64,000 nucleotides of DNA from Mustelus asterias (Eukaryota): positions 1 to 64,000 of the forward strand of contig NW_027590433.1 in assembly GCF_964213995.1 (NCBI RefSeq), read 5' to 3'. A model generated the notes under the pieces. That model saw nothing but the letters and a program-made list of their open reading frames with translations, searched no databases and was not told the origin of the DNA. The translations under genes and the position numbers were made by a program. Each line of letters begins with the position of its first letter. The stretch's first letter is position 1. Positions 25,536 through 38,564 of the stretch are shown here, one piece after another.

Positions 25536-25977
25536 GTATGTGCTTTATTCAACATTTATCAAAGTAAAATACTTGCAAATAGACGGATTGATAAGTGGAC
25601 AAATAGGCACGGATACAGACCCGGAGATTGAATGATAAACATATAGTGAGATGGGGAAAAAGATAGATTGTCACACAGAGTGAGGGAGAGAGATATATCA
25701 ATCGAGTGGGATAGCGAGAGAGGAGGAGAGGCGGGGAGAGAGAGAGAAACTCAGAGTGAAAGAGAGATGAAGATAGATAAACAGGCAAGCAGACGGTCGG
25801 ACGGACGGACTGACAGAGATGGACAGACGGACGGACGGACAGGGATGGACAGACGGACGAAAGTCAAGCTGTTAGATAATGGAAAAAATATCACATTAGA
25901 GGTATACAGTTGTTTTTCAATACCAAATCATATATCCATTAAACCAGATCTATCATTTGTTTCTCTTATTTTGGCAG

Positions 25978-26088
25978 ATCGACTGAGGGTGAACTTTTTG
26001 TCTTTGACGGTGATGGGGCTAAGAATTTTGTTTTTCAAGAGCATTGTCTTCAATGTCATGATGACGGCCAGGGTGTGGCTATTTTGAG
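25978..26088 (+). CDS. TRDC: TCR delta constant region, exon 3 (transmembrane and tail DRLRVNFLSLTVMGLRILFFKSIVFNVMMTARVWLF*)
   Basis: Acceptor TTGGCAG at 25977; alpha/delta-type TM with R and K (GLRILFFKS); TGA 26085-26087 followed by donor GTAAGG at 26089, implying an untranslated exon 4. Confidence 0.93.
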
Positions 26089-26667
26089 GTAAGGTCGGTC
26101 ACCTGAATGCGTGCCAAGAAAGACAAACTGTGATGAACAATGACCATTGACGGGATCTCGCGAGGCCACTGTTCAGGCAGACGCTGAAACTAACCCGTGG
26201 AGTGAGCATTAACTTGGATGCATTTAGACAAACGAACTCTTACTCCAGTGCCCCATCTCATCGCTTTTCATCCCTCCCTTGCCACCGCACCACCGCCCCC
26301 CCCCCCCCGCCCCCGCCGCCCCCCCCCCCCCCCCGCCCCCCCCCGCCCCCGCCCGCCAACCCCCGCTCCCAATCGCAGCCTTGACTTCTTAAACCTCTCC
26401 AGATTTTTGTTTAATTATGGGTGTCACTGACTAGCCTAACTTTTTCCGCCCATCCCTTGGTCTTGAGCTGCGTGGCTCTTTCGGAGAGTCGGTGCAGACT
26501 CTATGGGCCAAATCGCATCCTTCTGCACTGTCGGGGTTCTTGTGCAATTGCAGTGGCTTCTGAGAATATTATTGGAGAATGTTAATGGAGACCCTAAAGA
26601 TACAAGGTGTTCTTTGCTTGCTGACTCTTTGATGTGCTACTACTGTTGTTCCTTCCATTCCAAACAG

Positions 26668-27751
26668 AACTGCATTGGACGATGAAATGGATTCAGGTGT
26701 GAACTCATTGACTGGGGCATCAAAATCCAGAGGCTTCCTGATCAGAAGTTCCGCTTCAAGCAATTCAATCTCGCTTGTTTTAAATGGCGACTTAACTTTA
26801 AAAGACCCTCATTTCGGTAACTTTTTTCCACTGTTATTTTGATTTGAAACTCGCGGTTCTGCGTGAATTCTACTGCTTATGCTACATAAACATTTCAATT
26901 ATGCATTTCAGCAACAGCGTGGAGCTAACATTTATATGGTTTCTGCCTGCATTAGTGTCGGAGACATTTTTGAAAACAGCATTTTCAATTTTAGGACGTA
27001 TAGAACTTCGATTTTTATATTCTTTGCTTAGAATAGTAGAATCCTATTCCAGAGAAAGCAGCCAATCAGCCCATAGTGACAATGGCAGCCCTTTTACAGG
27101 GCAATCTAGGTAATGGCACGTCACATGTTCCTTTTGGTTGTTTTACTCTGGTAGTTATTTTAAACATTGCATTTTAATGCATGCAATTTAAGAGCGTAAG
27201 ATACATTAAACCAGCAAGGATCTGACTGGATTTTCATCAAACTTTTAGATTGTTGCCAAGGTGATATTCTTTCTCCTGTACTTAATCTTGGACTCCAGAT
27301 TTTCCTCCCAGTGCCACGGAGGCACCAAACCCCAGCCTGTACATCTGGACCCTTAGAGATAATCGAGCAACCACTTGCCACCGTGCAGAGCTTTATCATG
27401 ACACGGCATTTCACAAGTAAGATGAACAAGAGTTTTTGAACATCTCGCCATGAGCTTAGCCTAAAATCAGGTTATTGCTCTCAAGTTATTTTACAGATGG
27501 GACATTCGTACACATTTAAGATCATCCGGTTAGTCAGGGGAAGCGAGAGTTATGGGGCTAAGGTGGTAAAGTGGAGTTGAGGATAATATCAAACCAACCA
27601 TGATTTCATTGAAAGGCGAAGCAGCTCCTGTGGGCCGAATGGTCTACTTCTACTCCTCCGTCTTATGCTCTTCTGGTTCGTTAATCACACCTTTGTGCAT
27701 ATCTGTCACCTTGTTATTTTTTCATATGCATCGCTTATAATATTGAATAAA
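26668..27751 (+). other. Candidate untranslated last exon of the constant gene
   Basis: Pyrimidine tract and AAACAG at 26667; AATAAA at 27746-27751. Boundaries are inferred. Confidence 0.4.
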
Positions 27752-27940
27752 TTTGCAGTCTTTAATGAAGGGTGTCTTCTGCTTCTTTGTTAAAGCGATG
27801 GCAAGACATGCATTTGGTTTGGTTGACAGAGAGCTCTTGTAGTCGCGCAGCACAAATGGAGGCCACTGAGCCCATCATGAGGATACCAACTCCCCATGGC
27901 AGATCCCGCCAATTGGAGCCAATTTATTTTTTAAAGTCTC

Positions 27941-30900
27941 TCATAGCAGGAAAGGCTTGGCTCTTAGTGAGCAATTAATGGAGGGGTCACCTGTGGTTGT
28001 CCCCCTCCAAAACAAGTATATTGCTTTGGATAGTGTGGAGGAGGATGACTCTCCAGGAGTAAGCCACAGTGACCAGGTCACTGGCACAGAATCAGGTTCT
28101 GTGGCCCGGAAAGGAAAGAGAGGAATTCGGAGAGCAATAGTGGTGGGGGATGCGTCGGTTCGAGGCATGGACAGGCGATTCTGTGGGTGCGAACGGGACT
28201 CCAGGATGGTAGTCTGCCTACCTGGTGTTGGGGTACTGGATGTCTCCGAGCGGATAGGAGGCATATTAAAAGGGGAAGATAAAGAAACGGATGTCGTTGT
28301 ACACATTGGTGCAAATGACGTAGATAGGAAGAGCAGGGGGATCGTACGAGAGCAATTCAGGGAGTTGGGAAATAGGCGAAAAGGTAGGGCCTCCAGGGTG
28401 GCAATAGCTGGGCTGCTCCCAATGTCTCGTGCCAGTGAGGCTAGGAATAGGGAGTTAATACAATTGAACGCTTGGCTAAAGGACTGGTCCAGGAGGGAGG
28501 GCTTCATTTTCCTGGATCATTGGGAAGTTTTCAAGAGAGGATGGCACCTGTACAAGAAGGATGGGTCACAATTAAATTGGAAGGGCACGAATATCCTGGC
28601 TGGGAGTTTTGCTCGTGCAGTTCGGGTGGGTTTAAACTAATATGGCAGGGGGGTGGGGACCAAAAAATTAGGTCTACAAGTGTAGAGGCTGGGGACGAGC
28701 TTGGGGCCAGGACAAGGCTGGCAAAGAAGAAGAGCACTCTGGGGGAGGATGAATTCACTGGGCCTGGAGGTCTGGAGTGCATCTACTTCAAAGCAAGGAG
28801 CGTAGCAGGTAAGACAGACGAACTTAGGGCCTTAATGCTTACGAAGAATTTGGATGTAGTTGCGGTGACAGAGACTTGGTTGAAAGAGAGACAGGACTGG
28901 CAGCTGAATATTCCGGGGTACAAGTGTTTTAGGCGAGACAGAGGAGGGGCCAAAAGAGGTGGGGGAGTAGCAGTATTAGTTAGAGAACATATTACAGCGG
29001 TGCAGAGGGAGGACAATTCAGAGGGGTCGTGTAACGAGTCACTGTCGGTGGAGCTCAGAAACAGGAAGGGCGCAGTCACTATGTTGGGGATATACTACAG
29101 GCCCCCCAACAGCCCAAGGGAAGTGGAAGAACGGATATGTCAGAGGATACTGGATAGGTGCAGGAAAAAATAGGGTTGTTGCAGTGGGAGACTTCAATTT
29201 CCCTGGTATAGAATGGAAATCGCTTAGAGCTGGGACTCTGAATGGGGAGGAATTTGTAAAATGCGTACTGGAAGGTTCTTTGGAACAATATGTAGATAGC
29301 CCGACTAGAGAGGGGGCTATACTGGACCTAGTACTGGGGAATGAGCCCGGTCAGGTCTTCAAAGTTTCAGTAGGGGAACATGTGGCAAATAGTGACCACA
29401 ATTCTGTTAGCTTTAGGATAGCGATGGAAAAGGATGAGTGGTGTCCCAAGGGTAAGGTGTTGAATTGGGGGAAGGCTAACTTTAGTGGGATTAGGCAGAA
29501 ATTGGCAGTTGTTGATTGGGAGAGGCTGTTTGAGGGTAAATCCACAACTGGCATGTGGGAGTCTTTTAAGGAACAGTTGTTAGGGCTGCAGGACAGGCAT
29601 GTGCCTGTAAAAAAGAAGGATAGGAAGGGTAGGATTCGAGAACCATGGATAAACAGGGAAATTGAGGGACTGGTCAAAAAGAAAAGGGAGGCGTACGTTA
29701 GGTCCAGGCAGTTAAAAACGGAGGGAGCTCTGGAGGAATACAAAGAAAGTCGGAAAGAACTCAAAAGAGGAATTAGAAGGGCAAAAAGGGGTCACAAAAT
29801 TTTCTTGGCAGACAGGATTAAGGAGAATCCCAAGGCATTTTATTCATACGTTAGGAACAAACGGGGTGTCAGGGAAAAAATCAGACCTCTCAGGGACAAA
29901 AGTGGGGAATTATGCTCAGAGCCCAAGGAAGTAGGGGAGATCCTAAATGAATACTTTGCGTTGGTATTCACAAAGGAGAGGGATGTGTTGACTGGGAGTG
30001 TCTCGGAGGGGAGTGTTGAACCATTGGAGAAAATCTCCATTACAAGGGAGGAAGTGTTAGGTTTGTTAGAGAATATAAAGACTGACAAGTCCCCAGGGCC
30101 TGATGGAATCTATCCAAGGCTGCTCAGGGAGACGAGAGATGAAATCGCTGGGCCTCTGACGCAAATCTTTATCTCATCACTGGACACAGGTGAGGTCCCA
30201 GAGGATTGGAGGATAGCTAATGTGGTCCCGTTATTTAAGAAGGGTAGGAAAGATAACCCGGGTAATTATAGGTCGGTGAGCTTGACGTCCATGGTAGGGA
30301 AGTTGTTGGAGAGAATTCTTAGAGATAGGATGTATGCACATTTAGAAAGGAATAAACTCATTAACGATAGTCAGCATGGTTTTGTGAGAGGGAGGTCATG
30401 CCTCACTAACCTGGTGGAGTTTTTTGAAGAAGTGACTAGAATGGTTGACGAGGGAAGGGCCGTGGATGTCGTCTCTATGGACTTTAGTAAAGCGTTTGAC
30501 AAAGTCCCTCATGGTAGGCTGGTGCAAAAGGTTGGATCTCATGGGATAAAGGGGGAGGTGGCTAGATGGGTGAGGAACTGGCTTGGTCACAGAAGACAGA
30601 GGGTGGGAGTGGAAGGGTCTTTTACCGGCTGGAGGCCTGTGACGAGTGGTGTTCCGCAGGGCTCTGTATTGGGACCTCTGCTGTTTGTGATTTACATAAA
30701 CGATCTGGAAGAAGATGTAACTGGGGTGATCAGTAAGTTTGCGGACGACACGAAATTGGCTGGAACTGGCGATAGTGAGGAACATTGTCAGAGACTACAG
30801 ATGGATATAGATCGGCTGGAAATTTGGGCAAAGAAATGGCAGATGGAGTTCAAACCAGATCAATGCGAAGTGATGCATTTTGGTAGAGCTAATGTAGGGG

Positions 30901-31645
30901 GGAGCAATGCGATAAATGGCAGAACCATAAAGGGTGTAGATACGCAGAGGGACCTGGGTGTGCAATTCCACAGATCCTTGAAGGTGACGTCACAGGTGGA
31001 GAAGGTGGTGAAAAGGGCATATGGCATGCTAGCCTTTATAGGACGGGGTATAGAGTATAAAGGTTGGGATCTGATGTTGCAGATGCATAGAACGTTGGTT
31101 CGGCCGCATTTGGAATACTGCATCCAGTTCTGGTCGCCACACTACCAGAAGGACTTGGAGGCTTTAGAGAGAGTGCAGAGGAGGTTTACCAGGATGTTGC
31201 CTGGTTTGGAGGGGCTTAGTTATGAGGAGAGATTGAGTAAACTGGGGTTGTTCTCACTGGAAAGACGGAGGATGAGGGGAGACCTAATAGAGGTGTATAA
31301 AATTATGAAAGACATAGATAGGGTGAACGGTGGGAAGCTTTTTCCCAGGCCGGTGGTGACGTTCACGAGGGGTCATAGGTTCAAGGTGAGAGGCGGGGGG
31401 GAGGTTTAACATGGATATCAGAAGGACATATTTTACACAGAGGGTGGTGGGGGCCTGGAATGCGCTGCCAGGCAAGGTGGTGGAGGTGGGCACACTGGGA
31501 ACGTTGAAGACTTATCTCGATAGCCACATGAACGGAGTGGGTATGGAGGGATACAAAAGAATGGTCTAGTTTGGACCAGGGAGCGGTGCGGGCTTGGAGG
31601 GCCGAAGGGCCTCTTCCTGTACTGTATTGTTCTTTGTTCTTTGTT
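27941..31645 (+). mobile_element. Near full-length CR1 LINE: ORF1 SGNH/GDSL esterase-like (27957-28640), ORF2 APE endonuclease plus RT with frameshifts near 29170 and 31395
   Basis: ORF1 VVGDASVRG...VHIGAND...YKKDG; ORF2 [28 protein letters not shown]; (TTCTTTG)n tail. Confidence 0.95.
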
Positions 31646-32375
31646 GAAAAAAGCTTCTGACTACCCACTCTGTCAATGGCCCTCATAATCTTGCACATTT
31701 TTATCAGGTCACCCCTCAACCTCCGTCGTTCCAGTGAGAACAGCGCAAGTTTCTCCAACCTCCCCTCATAACTAATGCCCTCCATACCAGGCACCATCCC
31801 GGTAAATCTTTTATGTACCCTCTCCAAAGCCTCCACATCTTTCTGGTAGTGTAGCGACCAGAATTGAACACTATATTCCAAGTGCGGCCTAACTAAGGTT
31901 CTATAAGCTGCAACATGACTTGCCAATTTTTAAATTCAATGCCCCGGCTGATGAAGGCAAGCATGCCGTATGCCTTCTTGACTACCTTTTCCACCTGGGT
32001 TGCCACTTTCAATGACCTTTACACCTGATCCCTCTGCTATCAATACTCTTCAGGGTTCTGCCCTTTACTGTATATTTCCTATCTGCATTATACCTTCCAA
32101 AATGCATTACCTCACATTTGTCCGGATTGAGCTCCATCTGCCATCTCTCCGCCCAAGCCTGTAACCGAACTATATCCTGCTGCATCCTCAGATGGTCCTC
32201 ATCGCTATCTGCAGGTCTACCAATCCGCAAATCTACCAACCTTTGTTTCGTCTGCAAACTTACTAATCAATCCAGTTACATTTTCTTCCAAATCATTTAT
32301 ATATATTACAAACAGCAAAATCCCAGCACTGATCCCTGAGGAACGCCACTTGTCACAGCCCTCCATTCAGAAACG
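31646..32375 (-). mobile_element. CR1 LINE RT fragment, tail-to-tail with the preceding element
   Basis: RTLVRPHLEYSVQFWS and WAERWQMELNPDKC on the minus strand. Confidence 0.88.
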
Positions 32376-33054
32376 CTTTTATTTTGGTGGTCTAACCATT
32401 ATAATGCCGTCCCCCCACTCACATCCTCCCCCACCCCCACCCGCCCCACCCCCCTCCCCAACCCGCCGAAAAATATAACAACGAAAAACAATGCAAGTTA
32501 AGGTAATTCCTGATCGGAATAACGAATTGAAGAGCTAACTGGTCACCTGGAAGCGAGAAGAACCCAAAAATGTTCCCAATACCCAAAGCGAAACGCTGCT
32601 CCTGTGCCTGGTTTGACTACATTGGCTGCAGCAGTGATTAGGGCCATTTGGAATGGGCTATAAACGTTAGCCAGGCCAGCGACTCCCACACACAATGTAT
32701 TTGTTGCTTCACCCAGCGGTACGTGCATTTCCGGCAGGGCCAGAATGTATTTCCCATCCCGAATCACCATTGAACCGCGTGGCTTGCATTGACCATGGTG
32801 TTGTACTTGAAGTCTCATGCAGTGAACCAGATGGGTTTTAACAACAATTGACTCATGGTTCGATTGTTGAATTCCAGGTTGCTTTTATTGAATTCAGATT
32901 TCTCCAACTGCCATGGCAGGAATGCAATCCTCATGTGTGTCCAAAGCTTTAGCCCTGGCTTTCTGGATTCATCGTCATGCCGTTACAACACCCCTGAAGG
33001 GGGAGGGAGGAACAATTGATCATGATGGGTTTTGTGCCCGTGTTCACCATAGAA

Positions 33055-33378
33055 TATAATAATAGAATCGTAAAAACCATACACTGCAGAAAGTGGCCGT
33101 TCGCCCATCGAGTCTGCACTGATTCTCCGAAAGAGAAATCAACCCAGACCCTCCCCTCTGCCCACGGTCAATCCACCTAACCTGCACATCTGTGGGCACA
33201 AAGGTGCATTTTGCCATGGCCAATCTACCCAATCTGCACATCCTTGGACTGAGGGAGACCAGAGCACCCGGATGAAACCCACGCAGACACGGCGAGAACG
33301 TGCAAACTCAACACAGGCAGCCACCCAAGGCTGGAATCGAACCCGTACCTCTGGCACTGCAGAGCTAACCACTGTGCC
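33055..33378 (-). mobile_element. HE1-like SINE
   Basis: Reverse complement of the SINE head, body and tail. Confidence 0.8.
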
Positions 33379-33609
33379 GAGGACTCTGGATGACTTGCCC
33401 AGAGACCGCTCCCCCGAGCAACAAACCCATAAAACTTTCGTGTGACTTCTCAACCTGTACTTGATATTTTAAGAGGAATGATCCAGCTCTCTAACAGGAA
33501 TGGCACAAATTACACTTCTCAGTCTCGAAGTCCATGCTCTGAATTTCCTATCAGGTGTTGATTTTCTTTTGCTTCTCGGCAGTAGGGGGGTTAATCGACT
33601 TTGGCTTGC

Positions 33610-33870
33610 TTATTTTGATAGAAACTGTTGAGATAAAATGATACATGCGTTCACTGCTGATTGGGGGAACCAGGGTCTGGTTGACAAGGCGACCAACGGC
33701 AGCAGGAAGTGGGCCGAGTGTGCGGTTTCAGTCAAGAGGTCGCTGAGCCTCTCAGTTTACTCAAAGACCAGAACGTGTGGTTTAATCACCCGGGACTGGA
33801 AACTCCAGCAGCGAGGTGGCAGTTAGGCAGTGCGGGGGGAGGGGTGAGAGGCCAGATGTTGCCAACTGTC
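33610..33870. promoter_or_regulatory. Candidate T-cell enhancer with CTCF-like site
   Basis: GATA (33616, 33631), MYB CAACGG (33694), ETS CAGGAAGT (33703), RUNX TGCGGTT (33721) and TGTGGTT (33776), CTCF-like CAGCGAGGTGGCAG (33809-33822), in sequence that does not look repetitive. Confidence 0.45.
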
Positions 33871-34682
33871 GACAAGCATGAATCTTTTCAGAGACTTTCC
33901 CAGCGACTGAAGCTGCAGTAGATTTCTGCAGACGACAGTTCCAAAGGCATACAGGCATCTGAGAGAAGAAACAATTATTTTCTTCGCCCTCTTTCCTATC
34001 TGTCCCGCAAAGGTTAAACATTCCGTCAGCTTCCACCCTCACACCGCTGGCCCCATTACCCCTCCGAACCCCCACCTCCCCACAACAACCGCCCCCCCCC
34101 CCCGCCCAAAAAAGATCATATGTGTTTCAAAAAATCATCACTCAATCTTCTGCACTCCAATGGACTCTGTCCGATCTTTCCTCGTATAACCCCATTCCAA
34201 CTCCCCAATTCAGTCGAGCTTCCCCGCCTTAAGAAAGAAAATCTGCGGTCTTTACGCCGTCTGGCTTTCATGAGACTCCTGACACGCAGTATTGTTTATT
34301 CATTCATGGAACATGGGCGTTTATTGCCCATCTCCAGTTGCCCTTGGAGGGCAGGTGACAGTCAACCACATTGATGTGGCTCTAGACTCACGTGTTGGCC
34401 AAACCAGGTAAGCACGGCAGATTTCCTTCCCCAAAGGACATAGTGACCCAACTGTTTTTTCTGACAATTGGCAATGATTTTACTGTCATCAGTAGATTCG
34501 AAATTTCAGATAATTTTATTGGATTGTGTTTCAAACACGGGACCCCAGAACATTAGCTGAGGTTTTGGATTGATACTCCAGCGATAATATCACTCGCCAT
34601 TCCCTCCCCTGGTTGACTGTGAACTATCATCTGAGATGGCCATTAGCAAACTGTACTGTTCAAGGGCAATTAGCAAGAGCAA

Positions 34683-34870
34683 CACAAAACCAGAAAATAC
34701 TGGAAAAGCTCTGCAGCTCTGACATCATCTGTGAAGAGAGAATAGTGTTAGCGTTTCGAGTCCGGATGGCCCTGACGAATCGTCATCGAGACTCGAAACT
34801 TCGGCTCTATTCTCTCTCCGCAGATGCTGTCACACCCACTGAGATATTCCAGAATGTTTTGTTTTTGTTT
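34683..34870. mobile_element. Palindromic non-autonomous element, probably Penelope-derived
   Basis: Imperfect inverted arms around CTGACGA...CGAAAC (34772-34799); half-copies near 13595 and 50317. Confidence 0.6.
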
Positions 34871-36099
34871 TGGATTATAGAATCCGCAGTAATTTGCGTT
34901 TCGGACTCGCAACAATTTTTGGCCTTGCGAATAATACTCATCGCCCAATGAATGAAAATTATTGAGAAAGAATCCAAGAATTAACAAGTATCTGTTTAAC
35001 CGATTCTTCAGGCAGCAACTATTAGTGAATCAAATGAAAGTGTTGCACTCCAGTCAATCATGTCACTCATCCGGTTCATACATTAAAGAACGAGGCAATT
35101 CGGCCTAACGAGCGCATGCTTGCTATCTCAATGAGCTAAAAAAAAACCCACTGCATTTGCCGTTGGCACATGTCCCTCGACATGTTATACTTTGGATTTT
35201 GTAATCATTCTCTTTTGAAAATCACCACGGAAAATGTTTACTCTGGTCTTTGAGACAATGAATCCCAAACCCTAACAATTGGCAATGTAAACCCGACTTG
35301 CTCATCTTCGATTCCAGGAACAGTTCTTGCTACGTCTCTTACACGTGCACCTTACCAAGCCACCGCGAAATTTTAATATGTATACAGTAACATACAGGCT
35401 ACTGAGAAGTAGGAGTTGGTCACTTCCGGCCTGCTCTGCAGTAAATAAGATTATGGCTGATCTTATTATAAGCTTCTGCCAACACTGATCACCTTTCACC
35501 CTCCTTGTTTACTAAGAATCTAGCTCCTTCTGCCTTTAAAAATATTGAAAGACTGCTTCCACTGCCTTCTGAGGAAGGGACTTCCAGCGACACATGACCC
35601 TCTGAGACGAAAACCTCCCCACTCTTCCTCTCCTAAACGTGCGACCCCTTATTTTTAAAGAGTGCCCTTGGGGCTTCACTGGAGCATTGCAGCAGGCTAA
35701 GGAGGGACTCGTAGGCAGGAAGAGTGAAGATGAAAACAGGCTGCGCGTTGGAATTCTCGAAATGAGCCACACATTTCTTTTCAGCGAAGAAACCAGCGTG
35801 AACGTAAGAGGCCAAAGTGCAGCATTTCAGACAAAAACAGGAAACGCTGCTTGCATCATGCCAGCCAGTAACTGTGCAAGTGAGAAACCGAGTTAAGGTT
35901 TCAGATTGATGTCTTTGCCTGAGGGCTGGAAGATGTAAGAGATGACGAGTTATTTTTATTCTTCCGCCCTATGTGGTTGCTGCAGCCTCTCGCCTCTTGT
36001 CTCACTAAACATTTCAGAAGATAGCTAAATGTCGGCCACATTTCTCTAGGTCTTGTCTCACACATAGTCCAGGTTGTAGGCAGATTTCCTTTCTGAAAG

Positions 36100-37505
36100 A
36101 ACATAAAAACTAGAAGCAGGAATAGGCCATCTGGCCCTCCGAGCCTGATCCGCCATTCAATAAGATCATGGCTGATTTTTTCATGGGCTCAGCTCCGCTT
36201 ACCCGCCCGCTCACCATAACCCTGAATTCCTTTACTGCTCAAAAATCTATCTTTACCTTAAAAACGCTTAACGATGTAGCCTCAACTGCTTCACTGGGCA
36301 GGAATTTATACACATTCACCCATTTAGGTGAAGAGGTTCCTCCTCAACACAGTCCAAAATCTCCTCATCTTTATTTTGAGGTCTTGTCCCTTAGTTCTAA
36401 TTTCATTTGCCATGGAAACAACCTCCTTGCTTCTATCTTATCTATTCCTTTCATAATTGTATGCGTTTCTATAAGAACCCCCATTTTCTTCCAAACTCCA
36501 ATGGGCATTGGTACAACATTGGTGCGCAGAATGTGCTTCTGCAACAACGGATGGCAGTTTTCTTAAGTTCTCTATTATTCAGCCGAATTTTCAATTCTAC
36601 ATTTTTATTAATTAATTTTAAATTCCACCTGTTACCGTTGGTGGGATTTGAACTCGTGTTTCCAGAGCACCAGACAATACTTCCACGAGCCACAGCCATT
36701 ACCGCGATAAAATCACAAGGGCAGCAGATACCTGAGGACACCATCAAAAGGAAATTCAGCCTCCAAGTCACTCACCATCCCGACTTGGAAATATATCGGC
36801 AGTTCCTTCAGTACTGCTGGGTCATAATCCTGGAATTGTCAGAATTTTATATCTTTCAATGAGATCTCCCATTCTTAAGAACATAAGAACATAAGAAATA
36901 GGAGCAGGAGTAGGCCATCTAGCCCCTCGAGCCTGCCCCGCCATTCAATAAGATCATGGCTGATCTGACGTGGATCAATACCACTTACCCGCCTGATCCC
37001 CATAACCCTTAATTCCCTTACCGATCAGGAATCCATCCATCCGCGCTTTAAACATATTCAGTGAGGTAGCCTCCACCACCTCAGTGGGCAGAGAATTCCA
37101 GAGATTCACCACCCTCTGGGAGAAGAAGTTCCTCCTCAACTCTGTCTTAAACCGACCCCCTTTATTTTGAGGCTGTGTCCTCTAGTTTTAACTTCCTTAC
37201 TAAGTGGAAAGAATCTCTCCGCCTCCACCCTATCCAGCCCCCGCATTATCTTATAAGTCTCCATAAGATCCCCCCTCATCCTTCTAAACTCCAACGAGTA
37301 CAAACCCAATCTCCTCAGCCTCTCCTCATAATCCAAACCCCTCATCTCCGGTATCAACCTGGTGAACCTTCTCTGCACTCCCTCCAATGCCAATATATCC
37401 TTCCTCATATAAGGGGACCAATACTGCACACAGTATTCCAGCTGCGGCCTCACCAATGCCCTGTACAGGTGCATCAAGACATCCCTGCTTTTATATTCTA
37501 TCCCC
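36100..37505 (-). mobile_element. CR1 LINE 3' fragments (36100-36500; younger copy 36876-37505)
   Basis: ORF 37136-37477 LYRALVRPQLEYCVQYWSP; (CATAAGAA)n tail seen on the plus strand. Confidence 0.88.
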
Positions 37506-37659
37506 CTCTTCAGAATTTAATTGAATGCACACCTCAATCTCTCCTCAAAGGACAATGCTTACATCCCAAGTATCAGTCTGGTGAACTTTTGGTGCACCCC
37601 ATCTATAACAAGTATGTTCTTTCTCGCCTTCCTATCTAAACCCAGATTGGCGGGACATT

Positions 37660-37955
37660 GACATAGTGGTTAACACTGCTGCATCATAGCACCAGGGACC
37701 CGGGTTCGATTCCTGGCTTGGGTCACTGTCTGTGCGGAATGTGCATGTTGTCCCCGTGTCTGCTTAGGTTTTCTCCGGGTGCTCCGGTTTCCTCCCACAG
37801 TCTGAAAGATGTACTGGTTAGGTGCATTGACCAAGCTAAATTCTACATCAATGTACTGGAACAGGCACCGGACTGTGACGACTAGAGGATTTTCACAGTG
37901 ACATTATTGCAGTATTAATGTAAGCCTACCTGTGACACAAATAAATAAACTTAAA
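37660..37955 (+). mobile_element. tRNA-derived SINE with AATAAAC-type tail
   Basis: B-box GGTTCGATTCC and conserved body; same tail family as 24220-24556 and 60888-61178. Confidence 0.85.
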
Positions 37956-38186
37956 AGTTATTGTTGAATGCAAAAATTCAAATTGCATTCGGTGCACTGA
38001 GGGTGCTGGGTGGGGAATTGGATTGAATCCGTGTGCCCAGAATATTAGTCTGGGACTCTCCAGTGACATGGTCATTGTCCTACGATCTGCACCTTCCAAA
38101 TATGTTATTCAGATTTGAATTAATTATTGAGCAACCTATATGAATGCATGAACATTTCTGTTTCAGTGTCCAGATGCGCCCTACGT

Positions 38187-38200
38187 CCGCCCCCTGCTGA
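38187..38200 (-). promoter_or_regulatory. CTCF motif
   Basis: Minus strand TCAGCAGGGGGCGG, preceded by a TGCAAT upstream module. Confidence 0.6.
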
Positions 38201-38564
38201 CTGTCCATTGCACAGCGGGAACAGGCGGATGCCACGATTCTCTCTGTCTTTCCTCTGGATGACCAGAGGTGCAGAAAATAATACAACTCAAACATTAGGC
38301 TGCAAACGGCAAGAACCAAAAGTACAACTGCAGAGTCCAAAAGCAGAAAGAAAGGCACATTCTGGGCTGTTTCGACGCTTTCAGGGCATGGAAATCAATC
38401 TGTTCTTATGTGTGCTGTAGATTTGAACCTAACGGCTCAGCGCTGAAAGAGTAAATCGAAAAGTGAGCATGCGATGAGCAGGAGCTACTGTAAGTGCTTC
38501 AGTGCAAGGGAGCCCCATCAGTAAGACCAGAACCTTGCAGTCATGGAGTATAGTGAGGAATCTC

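Noticed and set aside
22441-26088. Calling the constant gene TCR alpha because of the many J segments
   Set aside because: The Ig exon has both cysteines and the VCLASxF, NVTRSS, SSGFLxFP and TCxAxH pattern I recall for elasmobranch C-delta; the TM exon alone does not discriminate. A tree is still needed.
26202-26430. Poly-proline and poly-glycine ORFs (also at 19.3-19.6 kb and 24.2-24.6 kb)
   Set aside because: Artefacts of C/G homopolymer runs.
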